From: Eubacteriales bacterium
Lineage (GTDB): Bacteria; Bacillota; Clostridia; Oscillospirales; CAG-382
Direction of reading: 5' to 3'
NCBI GenBank assembly: GCA_045644305.1
Contig: JAZRGS010000044.1
Location: forward strand, 1 to 44,753
Length of the DNA stretch: 44,753 nt
The number at the start of each line of letters is the position of its first letter. The first letter of the stretch is position 1. Both the position numbers and the translations under genes were made by a program. Shown piece after piece: positions 17,299 through 25,085 of this stretch. The notes below the pieces were generated by a model. That model saw only the letters and a list, made by a program, of their open reading frames with translations. It did not search any database and was not told the origin of the DNA.

Positions 17299-18866
17299 TG
17301 GATGATAATACTTTATTTATAGACGAAGAAATTCAACCGTCCGATATCGATAAACTGCTTCCTTCGGACAGGGAATACAACCGATTTGAATGTGTTTTCG
17401 CTTGGCTTTGCGTGCTTGTCGGATATCTGCTTTGCCGCGCGTTTCCGCCGAGCGTGTATTCGCTCGGATGCAGCCTGGTTGTCCTGCTTGCCGTGACGCT
17501 TTCGGTGGTTTCACTTGTTAAAAAGGGCGTAAGGATAAAGAAAATCAGCCTTTTTCCCTTGGCTGCGTGCGTCTGCTTCGGCGTGTCGTTTGTGACCTCG
17601 GGAGATGAAATGAGCCTCTTCCTTTCGGTGCTCGGCTCGGTTATATGCTATTGCCTTTTCGTTTATCTTGCAAACGGTAACAAAATCGAAAACGCAGAGA
17701 GCGATTTCATCATTTTCGATATTTACCGCGCGATGAAGGGATTAACCTATGCCGGCTCGAGGGATATGCTGAAGATTATGTTTTCGGGCAGAAAGAAAAC
17801 GCTTTTTGCGATTCTGAAAATCCTTGCGGGCATCTTCGTTGCGGTCATCCCAACCGCGATTATAATCACCCTGCTTTCGTTCGATGAGAATTTTTCGGCA
17901 ATGCTTGGAAATATCGGGAAATTCTTCGATAATTTTAACCTGATTTCGCATATATTTTCTCTCGCGATCGGCTTGCTTGTCGGCTGTTATATTTTCGGGC
18001 TTTATAAAATCAATACCGAAGCAAGAGCCGACGATGAATCCGTTAAGCGAAACGAGCAGCTGAAAAGCATAAGATTTGCGCCGGCACTTACCGTTGCGGT
18101 TGCTCTTCTGCCGATAGTTGCGGTTTACATAATCTTCTTTGTGTCGCAATGGGATTATTACGTTTCGGGATTTTCGGGAACGCTTCCCGAAGGGGTTTAC
18201 AACTATGCCGAATACGCGCGTGACGGATTTTTCGAGCTTTGCTGTGTATCGGCTATAAACCTTGTTATATTGATCGCCGTAGGCTTTCTGTTAAAGCGTG
18301 ATCGATATGCCGAAACGCTCCTGCATAAGTGCGTAAACCTTGTCTTCTCGGCGATGACGCTTGTGCTCATAGGCACGGCGCTTTCGAAAATGGCACTTTA
18401 TATCGACGTGTACGGACTGACCGAAAAGCGGGTGCTTTCGTCGTGGCTGATGATACTTTTGGCGATGCTGTTCATCGCGATAATAATTGCGCAATTTGTC
18501 CCGAAAATGAAGCTTATTACGGTTTCGGTGATTATCGTTTGCGTCGCCTCCGCGCTCCTTACCTTGGCGGATTATCGCACGATTATTGCGAATTATAACG
18601 TCGATAAGTATATCTCGGGCGATATCAAGGAAGTGCGAATGTCCGACCTGATGATGCTCGGGGATTCTGCGGTTCCCGCGACTGTTCGTCTTTTGGAATA
18701 TTACGAAAATAACATAGTCGTTCCGTCGTATGAGCGTGAAAATATAGCCGAATATCTTAGAGCGTGCAGAAACGGTCTTGAAGAGACCGATGGCTTGTTC
18801 AAGTTTTCGCTGCCCAAATACCGAGCGGCAAATTCGCTTGAAGAATATTTCGACAGCAAAGGTTGA
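17295..18866 (+). CDS. Polytopic membrane protein, DUF4153/DUF4173-like
   Basis: The protein is 523 aa with about 10 or more hydrophobic segments, and contains YAEYARDGFFEL, which I recall as the signature of that family. The start overlaps the HTH stop (ATGA). Confidence 0.6.
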   Translation: MMDDNTLFIDEEIQPSDIDKLLPSDREYNRFECVFAWLCVLVGYLLCRAFPPSVYSLGCSLVVLLAVTLSVVSLVKKGVRIKKISLFPLAACVCFGVSFVTSGDEMSLFLSVLGSVICYCLFVYLANGNKIENAESDFIIFDIYRAMKGLTYAGSRDMLKIMFSGRKKTLFAILKILAGIFVAVIPTAIIITLLSFDENFSAMLGNIGKFFDNFNLISHIFSLAIGLLVGCYIFGLYKINTEARADDESVKRNEQLKSIRFAPALTVAVALLPIVAVYIIFFVSQWDYYVSGFSGTLPEGVYNYAEYARDGFFELCCVSAINLVILIAVGFLLKRDRYAETLLHKCVNLVFSAMTLVLIGTALSKMALYIDVYGLTEKRVLSSWLMILLAMLFIAIIIAQFVPKMKLITVSVIIVCVASALLTLADYRTIIANYNVDKYISGDIKEVRMSDLMMLGDSAVPATVRLLEYYENNIVVPSYERENIAEYLRACRNGLEETDGLFKFSLPKYRAANSLEEYFDSKG

Positions 18867-18878
18867 CATAATACAAAA

Positions 18879-18910
18879 AGGACTGCGCCGTGCAGTCCTT
18901 TTGATTTTGT
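18879..18910 (+). terminator. Intrinsic terminator
   Basis: AGGACTGC-5 nt-GCAGTCCT followed by TTTGATTTTG. Confidence 0.8.
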
Positions 18911-18956
18911 CTTCGGTAGCCCTCTGTCAATTTGATGCCTCAAAGAAGTACCTAAC

Positions 18957-18977
18957 TTAAAAGTTTATACAATAGAA
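18957..18977. repeat. 21-bp direct repeat, copy 1 (TTAAAAGTTTATACAATAGAA)
   Basis: It matches 19851-19871 at 20 of 21 positions and lies at the outer edge of the low-GC segment. Confidence 0.8.
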
Positions 18978-19049
18978 AGAAAAAGTGCGAATTTTTATAT
19001 AAAATCACAAGATTTATTACTAATGCGACTTTCGAATGTGTTTTCGAAC

Positions 19050-19766
19050 TCACTTATTCTGAAACAGTAAGTCCTCGACTTCTCGTTGATAATTCATATC
19101 ATCATCTTTTTCCGCTTGCAGAGGAAGCTTTTGCAATTTGATTATACCGTTATTAAAATCAAACTGTTCAAATTTCTTTTTTGCCTTTTTTATTTTTCTG
19201 AAACCGATTCTATCGATTATATCGTCAGACCAATAATTCATCCAATGTACGTTTGTAGGTAACCCGTTAACCATATATGGCTCATTGTCGTTACAAGCAC
19301 AATTATTGACAATAGCGCCCCAAAACGGTTTGAAGACCGTAACACTTTTTTCAAAAAGCGTTTCGATTAATCTTGCCGATTCCTCATCATACATTTTGTA
19401 ATCAAGTGCAATATTAACAACAAGTGTATTCAGAAGGCCATATGAAGTATCCTTTACACCGACTCTCATAAGGTAGCCAAATGCAGAATCGTCTTTCATG
19501 GAAGAAAATAAACCCAAGCTAACGCCTAATTCAGGACATTCTTTATAATTCACCTTCAATACGTTATTCCGCAGATAAGAAGCAATTTCGTCGCAACTCA
19601 AAACAAATGGTTTTGCTGACGATTTTCTATTGCTTGTATAAAAATTAGGTCTGTATTGTTTGGGCAGATCGTAAAAAATCGATAGAGTGTCAACTGTGTT
19701 TCGGACAATTTCCGTAAATTGCGTATCTGTTGATAACGGTTTTTTCCATAGTATTATTGTGTGCAT
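19050..19766 (-). CDS. Hypothetical protein, resembles polymorphic-toxin immunity proteins (Imm52-like by recollection)
   Basis: The protein is 238 aa with no signal peptide or TM segment, in a low-GC gene. The features ILWKKP..., CPELGVSLGLFSS, PFWGAIV and VHWMNYWS recall the Imm52 family. This is unverified. Confidence 0.4.
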   Translation of the reverse strand: MHTIILWKKPLSTDTQFTEIVRNTVDTLSIFYDLPKQYRPNFYTSNRKSSAKPFVLSCDEIASYLRNNVLKVNYKECPELGVSLGLFSSMKDDSAFGYLMRVGVKDTSYGLLNTLVVNIALDYKMYDEESARLIETLFEKSVTVFKPFWGAIVNNCACNDNEPYMVNGLPTNVHWMNYWSDDIIDRIGFRKIKKAKKKFEQFDFNNGIIKLQKLPLQAEKDDDMNYQREVEDLLFQNK

Positions 19767-19850
19767 TCCCGTTTATTTCTCCTTAAATACACTTAACCGA
19801 GTGGTGAATGTTAGTGATGCCGTTTTTATTGCTCCGCCTTTTTTAGATGA

Positions 19851-19871
19851 TTAAAAGTTTATACAACAGAA
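19851..19871. repeat. 21-bp direct repeat, copy 2 (TTAAAAGTTTATACAACAGAA)
   Basis: It lies 13 nt downstream of the stop of the 142-aa gene and pairs with 18957-18977. Confidence 0.8.
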
Positions 19872-19883
19872 TAAACCATTAAA

Positions 19884-20312
19884 TTAATTATTGACCGACC
19901 AAGAATAGTCTAACGCAGAAAAAGCTTGGGGATCGACCGCGTCGGGAATGTATATCCAATCAATTTCGGGGGCTAACTCTTTAAGCTTTGTCAAATCTAC
20001 ACGAAAAAAATTCTTGTTAAAATCGCGAACCTTTACGGTGTGTATTCTTTTAGAAAAGATATATCCCGCTTTTCGATTATACTTGCGAAATTCGGGGCTC
20101 ACTATTGCAATAGGGAATTTTGAATGAATCAACGCCAACAATTTCTTGTCGTTGGAGTACAAATAACAGATTTCTTCTCCGCAGTCAGGATCCCAACTGT
20201 CTTTTCCGCAACCCTTTTCTTCAAAAATACGAACAAGCCTTATCAGCTCGTCCTCGTTCCAATTTTCCTTGTACGGCAAAGCCTTTTCAATTTCTTTAAT
20301 AAAGTCTTTCAT
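19884..20312 (-). CDS. Hypothetical cytoplasmic protein (142 aa), low-GC, directly after ung
   Basis: The ORF is intact and only 13 nt from the ung stop. I recognise no family. The N-terminal half is acidic. Confidence 0.5.
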   Translation of the reverse strand: MKDFIKEIEKALPYKENWNEDELIRLVRIFEEKGCGKDSWDPDCGEEICYLYSNDKKLLALIHSKFPIAIVSPEFRKYNRKAGYIFSKRIHTVKVRDFNKNFFRVDLTKLKELAPEIDWIYIPDAVDPQAFSALDYSWSVNN

Positions 20313-20325
20313 ATAATTAACACTT

Positions 20326-21000
20326 TCAGTCTATCGTCCAATCGATTTCGGGCAAGCCGTTTTGCCTCAAAAAATCGTTGCATTTTGAAAAATGCCTGCA
20401 TCCGAAAAAGCCGTTATAAGCCGAAAGCGGGCTCGGATGAGCCGATTCGAGAATAAGATGGCGCGGGTTTGTGATAAGGCTCTTTTTCGCTCTCGCGTAG
20501 CCGCCCCAAAGGATAAATACGATCGGCGTTTCGCGGTTATTAAGGTGAGAAATCGCACGATCGGTAAAGGTTTCCCAGCCCTTGTTGCGATGGCTGCCCG
20601 CGTTTCCTTCGCGAACGGTTAGCACGCTGTTTAAAAGCATAACGCCGTTTTTTGCCCATTTCGTAAGCTCGCCGTGGTTTGGGGGAGTGATGCCCAAATC
20701 GCTTTTAAGCTCCTTGAAGATATTGACAAGCGACGGGGGAATAGCGACCCCCTTGCGTACCGAGAAGCAAAGTCCGTGCGCCTGACCTTCGCCGTGGTAG
20801 GGGTCCTGTCCGATGATAACGGCGCGGACGTCTTGATAATCGGTGTATTTAAACGCGTTGAATATGTTGTTCATTTCGGGGAAGATTTGGAATCCCGAAT
20901 GAAGATATTCCTGCTTCAAAAAAGCGCGGAGATTTTTGTAATATTCCTTTTCTGCCTCGGGCGCCATAAGCAAATCCCAGCCGTTTCCGAATTCGAACAT
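20326..21000 (-). CDS. ung: Uracil-DNA glycosylase, family 1
   Basis: GQDPYH, GVMLLNSVLTV and HPSPLSA motifs are present, and the protein is 224 aa. Confidence 0.95.
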   Translation of the reverse strand: MFEFGNGWDLLMAPEAEKEYYKNLRAFLKQEYLHSGFQIFPEMNNIFNAFKYTDYQDVRAVIIGQDPYHGEGQAHGLCFSVRKGVAIPPSLVNIFKELKSDLGITPPNHGELTKWAKNGVMLLNSVLTVREGNAGSHRNKGWETFTDRAISHLNNRETPIVFILWGGYARAKKSLITNPRHLILESAHPSPLSAYNGFFGCRHFSKCNDFLRQNGLPEIDWTID

Positions 21001-21050
21001 ATTACCGCTCCTTTCGTGGGTTTTCGAGTGCTTTTTCGCCTCACGTTATG

Positions 21051-21078
21051 ATTATATCATAAAAACGCTTAAAATCAA
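21051..21078 (-). promoter_or_regulatory. Sigma-A promoter of ung with an inverted repeat over the -10
   Basis: The minus strand reads TTGATT-16 nt-TATAAT with an extended-10 TG. TTATGAT-N3-ATCATAA (21046-21062) is a perfect 7-bp-arm inverted repeat centred on the -10. Confidence 0.55.
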
Positions 21079-21089
21079 GAAAATTATGA

Positions 21090-21118
21090 TTGACAAATAG
21101 CTTTTTTAAAGTTATTAT
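21090..21118 (+). promoter_or_regulatory. Sigma-A promoter of mgtE
   Basis: TTGACA-17 nt-TATTAT. Confidence 0.6.
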
Positions 21119-21124
21119 TAATCT

Positions 21125-21300
21125 GAGAAACCAAATTTTTAAAGAGGTGAGATTTAATGGACACTCCGCGAAGTAGCGGCATAAAACCCAAAAGTATTTG
21201 CGCGGAAACGGCGTTGTCTGTTGATTTCTTGCCATTTCCGCGTTAGAAATGCCCTTTGGGTTTTACCGTACTTTTTGGACCTTACAACATTATTGAAAGG
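21125..21300 (+). promoter_or_regulatory. Structured ~180-nt mgtE leader; candidate Mg2+ (M-box/ykoK-type) riboswitch
   Basis: The leader length fits an M-box. GAGGTGAGA near the 5' end resembles the AGGUGAGGC signature. Nested helices are AAAACCCAAA (21183-92)/TTTGGGTTTT (21255-64), CGCGGAAA (21201-08)/TTTCCGCG (21235-42) and CCGC (21166-69)/GCGG (21176-79), followed by a U-rich stretch. Other conserved M-box strings are not obvious by eye. Confidence 0.35.
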
Positions 21301-21309
21301 AACGGTAAA

Positions 21310-22665
21310 ATGGAAAAGGAAGAACTTTTTGAAACGGTTGCCTCGCTCCTTGTCAACGGCGATTATGCGAATCTCCGTAAGGCGCTTGTAGAGCTTGAGC
21401 CGTTTGACCTTGCAGAAATCTGCGAGGAGCTTAACGAATCGCATCTGCCGCTTGTTTTCAGGCTGATTCCCAAGGATCTTGCGGCTGAATGCTTTGCGAA
21501 TATGTCTTCGGATTTGCAGGAATTGCTTATCCGCAGAATGTCTGATGCCGAGCTTAAGGCGATGCTCGATGAGCTTTTTGTCGACGATACCGTTGACATC
21601 ATCGAGGAAATGCCGGCGAACGTAGCGGCGAGGATGCTTGCCAACTCCGACCCCGAAACTCGTCAGCAGATAAACGAAATTTTGAATTATCCCAAGGACT
21701 CTGCGGGCTCGATCATGACGACCGAGTACGTGCGTCTCAACAAAAATATGTCTGTTGCCGATGCGTTTGCGCGAATCCGACGCGTCGGTTACGAAAAGGA
21801 AACCATTTATACCTGCTACGTCACCGAATCCGACAGAACCTTGGTAGGCGTGGTAACGGCGATGGATTTGATGCTCGCCGAAACCGACACGCTTATTTCC
21901 GACCTTATGGAAACCAACGTTATTTCGGTGCGTACCGATGACGACAGGGAAGAGGCGGTCATTAAATTTTCCGACTACGGCTTTTTGGCGCTGCCGGTTA
22001 TCGACGGCGGAAACCGCTTGGTCGGCATCGTCACCGTCGACGACGCGATCGACGTCGCACTCGAGGAGGCGACCGAGGACGTCGAAAAGATGGCGGCAAT
22101 TACCCCTTCGGATAAGCCTTATTTGAAGGTCGGCGTTTTTGAAACCTGGAAATCGCGTATTCCTTGGCTTATGATATTGATGATCTCGGCAACCTTCACC
22201 AGCGCGATCATGTCGAGCTATGAAAGCGTGCTGAGCAACCGCGTGATTCTTTCCTTCTTTATACCTATGCTTATGGGTACCGCAGGTAACGCCGGCGGTC
22301 AGACCTCGGTTACGATCATTCGCGCCTTGTCGTTGGGTGACGTTGAAACCGGTGACGTTTTGAGGATATTATGGAAAGAAGTGCGTGTTTCGCTTCTTTG
22401 CGGTATTTCCTTGGCGATCGTTTGCTTTGGAAAAGCGATTTGGCTTGACGGCGCCGATTCTACCGAGGCGCTTGTGGTAAGCCTTACCATCGCTATGGCG
22501 GTTGTCGTTGCGAAATTGGTTGGTGCGTGCTTCCCCGTGTTGATCAAGAAGATCGGCTTCGACCCCGCGGTCGTTGCCAGCCCGTTTATTACGACGGTGG
22601 TCGATGCACTTGCACTCGTTGTTTATTTTGCCGTCGCTACGGCGGTAATTCCCGGATTACAATAA
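21310..22665 (+). CDS. mgtE: Magnesium transporter MgtE
   Basis: There is an N-terminal MgtE domain, tandem CBS region and C-terminal TM domain, with GNAGGQ and PFITTVVDA motifs. The start is at the internal ATG 21310. Confidence 0.93.
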   Translation: MEKEELFETVASLLVNGDYANLRKALVELEPFDLAEICEELNESHLPLVFRLIPKDLAAECFANMSSDLQELLIRRMSDAELKAMLDELFVDDTVDIIEEMPANVAARMLANSDPETRQQINEILNYPKDSAGSIMTTEYVRLNKNMSVADAFARIRRVGYEKETIYTCYVTESDRTLVGVVTAMDLMLAETDTLISDLMETNVISVRTDDDREEAVIKFSDYGFLALPVIDGGNRLVGIVTVDDAIDVALEEATEDVEKMAAITPSDKPYLKVGVFETWKSRIPWLMILMISATFTSAIMSSYESVLSNRVILSFFIPMLMGTAGNAGGQTSVTIIRALSLGDVETGDVLRILWKEVRVSLLCGISLAIVCFGKAIWLDGADSTEALVVSLTIAMAVVVAKLVGACFPVLIKKIGFDPAVVASPFITTVVDALALVVYFAVATAVIPGLQ

Positions 22666-22680
22666 AAATACGGAGGACTT

Positions 22681-24861
22681 ATGTCGGTTATTTACGATTC
22701 TTCAAGCGGACAATATTCGCTTCATACTAAAAATTACAGCTATATTATGCAGGAAAATCAAGGCTTTTTGCTTCACCTTTATTGGGGTAAGAAGACCTTC
22801 GGCGACTGCACCTATATGTTCCGCGAGCAGGGAAGAGCGGCGTTTTCTCCCCGTATGGAAAACTGCGACGGCTTTATTCTCGACGACGTCCCTCTCGAAT
22901 ATCCCTGCTGGGGCAGAGCGGATATGCGTACTCCCGCGCTTGAAATCACCAACTCCGACGGCTCTGTGATCGTTGACCTTCGCGTTGTCGGAAGACGCAT
23001 CGAAAAGGGCAAGCCCTCGATCAAGGGACTTCCTGCGGTTTACGTCGAAAACGAAAACGAATGTGAAACCTTAGTTGTTGAAATGCTCGATTCGGTGAGC
23101 AACGTAAGCGTTGAGCTTTATTATTGCGTGCTTGAGGAATACGATATCATCACCCGCTATGCAAAGATTACCAACAAGGGTGAAAACACGGTTCATATCG
23201 ATGCTGCGGCTTCTGCGGCGCTCGATTTCGACCACATCAATTACGACGTTATTTCCAACTTCGGCACCCATTGCCGCGAGCGCAATATCGAACGCGCTCC
23301 TCTTAAGCACGGCAGATATATCATGTCCTCGCGCAGAGGCGCATCCTCGCACGTTCACAATCCCTTCCTTATTTTAACCTCTCCTACTGCGGATGAGGTT
23401 TCGGGCGATGCATACGGCTTCGTGCTTGTATATTCGGGCTCGTTTACTGCCGAAATTGCGGCAAATCAGTTCGATTCGGCACGTGCGGTTATCGGTCTTA
23501 ACCCCGATTCCTTCGGTTGGGAGCTCGGCGCAGGCGAGGAATTCACCACGCCCGAATGTGTGATGAGCTTTTCGTCCGAGGGTCTTGACACCCTCTCCTA
23601 CAACTTCGCGAGAGTGTTCCGTGAAAGACTTGCAAGAGGTAAATTCCGCGACGTGCGCAGACCCGTGCTTCTCAACAGCTGGGAGGCTTGCTATTTCGGC
23701 TTCGACTCCGAAAGACTCATTAAAATCGGCGATTCCTGCGCAGAATTGGGAATCGAGCTTATGGTTATCGACGACGGCTGGTTCGGCAAGCGCAACAGCG
23801 ACAATTGCTCGCTCGGCGACTGGGTCGTTAACGAAGAGAAGATGCCCGGCGGCATCAAGCGCATTTCCGACCATTTGAACGCAAAGGGCGTTCAGCTCGG
23901 CATCTGGTTCGAGCCCGAAATGATCTCGCCCGACAGCGACCTTTACCGCGCACATCCCGATTGGTGCTTACATTATAATAATCGTCCCCGCTCCGAGGGC
24001 AGATTCCAGCTTATTCTCGACCTTACCCGTCAGGACGTTTGCGACTATATTTACGAATCGGTTGCGAAGGTGCTCCGCGAGGGCGGAATCTCCTACGTCA
24101 AGTGGGATTTCAACCGCAATATGAGCGAGGCGGGAAGCCCCTCCTTGGGCGCAAGCCGTCAGCGTGAGGTTGATTTCCGTTACTATTTGGGACTTTATTC
24201 GGTGCTTGAAAGACTTAACGAGGAATTCCCCGACGTATTGTTCGAATCCTGCTCGGGAGGCGGCGGACGCTTCGATGCGGGTATGCTTTACTATATGCCT
24301 CAGGTCTGGACGAGCGATAACTCCGACGCGATCGAAAGACTTCGCATCCAATACGGTACAAGCCTTGTTTACCCGATGTCGGCGATGAGCGCGCACGTTT
24401 CCGCGTCGCCCAACCATCAGACCGAGCACGTAACTCCCTTTGATACCCGATTCACCGTTGCGCTTACCGGCTCGTTCGGTTATGAATTAGACCCGACCGC
24501 GCTTTCCGAAGCCGAGCAGCAGAAGGTTTGCGAAACTGCTGCGCTTTATAAGGAAATCGGCGAAATGCTTGCAAAGGGAAGATATCACAGACTTCGCGAC
24601 CCGCACAACGAGCCCTGCTCGGCATGGTGCACGGTTTCGGAGGATAAATCGATGTGCGTTGCGGGCTACGTTCTTACTCACGTGAGACTTTACGGCAATA
24701 ACGAGCGTATTCAGCTTCGCGGTCTCGATCCCGACGCGATTTATAAGGAACGCTTCACCGGTGCGACCTACCGCGGCGATCAGCTTATGAACTTCGGTCT
24801 CCACGCACCCACCACTCTTGAATTCCACAGCATCCTTTGGATTTTGGAAAAGGTTGATTAA
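22681..24861 (+). CDS. Alpha-galactosidase, glycoside hydrolase family 36
   Basis: The protein is 726 aa with VIDDGWF, KWDFNR and CSGGGGRFD motifs. A GGAGG Shine-Dalgarno is present. Confidence 0.9.
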   Translation: MSVIYDSSSGQYSLHTKNYSYIMQENQGFLLHLYWGKKTFGDCTYMFREQGRAAFSPRMENCDGFILDDVPLEYPCWGRADMRTPALEITNSDGSVIVDLRVVGRRIEKGKPSIKGLPAVYVENENECETLVVEMLDSVSNVSVELYYCVLEEYDIITRYAKITNKGENTVHIDAAASAALDFDHINYDVISNFGTHCRERNIERAPLKHGRYIMSSRRGASSHVHNPFLILTSPTADEVSGDAYGFVLVYSGSFTAEIAANQFDSARAVIGLNPDSFGWELGAGEEFTTPECVMSFSSEGLDTLSYNFARVFRERLARGKFRDVRRPVLLNSWEACYFGFDSERLIKIGDSCAELGIELMVIDDGWFGKRNSDNCSLGDWVVNEEKMPGGIKRISDHLNAKGVQLGIWFEPEMISPDSDLYRAHPDWCLHYNNRPRSEGRFQLILDLTRQDVCDYIYESVAKVLREGGISYVKWDFNRNMSEAGSPSLGASRQREVDFRYYLGLYSVLERLNEEFPDVLFESCSGGGGRFDAGMLYYMPQVWTSDNSDAIERLRIQYGTSLVYPMSAMSAHVSASPNHQTEHVTPFDTRFTVALTGSFGYELDPTALSEAEQQKVCETAALYKEIGEMLAKGRYHRLRDPHNEPCSAWCTVSEDKSMCVAGYVLTHVRLYGNNERIQLRGLDPDAIYKERFTGATYRGDQLMNFGLHAPTTLEFHSILWILEKVD

Positions 24862-24867
24862 TAAAAC

Positions 24868-24905
24868 AGGCACCGAGCGCTTTTGGCGTTTCGGTGCCTT
24901 TGTTT
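24868..24905 (+). terminator. Intrinsic terminator after GH36
   Basis: AGGCACCGA...TCGGTGCCT followed by TTGTTT. Confidence 0.8.
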
Positions 24906-24989
24906 AAGGTGAACATAGGTTTGGGATATTTTTGTATATTACAACGATAAAAAGTCACACAAATGTTACATAAAAATATGCTGATACTA

Positions 24990-25018
24990 TTGCAATATTT
25001 TGAGCAATATGATATAAT
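24990..25018 (+). promoter_or_regulatory. Sigma-A promoter of the SBP/DUF4855-like/CBM9-like cluster
   Basis: TTGCAA-17 nt-TATAAT with TGA immediately upstream (extended -10). Confidence 0.6.
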
Positions 25019-25085
25019 GTTGCCAAAAATAGGGGAGTAGTTTGCTTTTTTGCAAAAACTCTACTTAACTTTCAGGGAGGAAACC

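Noticed and set aside
19884-20312. The idea that the 142-aa acidic-N-terminus protein after ung is a uracil-DNA-glycosylase inhibitor (Ugi/SAUGI-like).
   Set aside because: I recognise no sequence resemblance to known inhibitors. A host co-expressing UDG with its inhibitor is hard to rationalise. I keep it only as an untested thought under the cassette finding.
21041-21444. Two minus-strand ORFs (64 and 96 aa) in the ung/mgtE intergenic region.
   Set aside because: They overlap the mgtE promoter, the structured leader and the mgtE 5' end, and they have no ribosome-binding sites.
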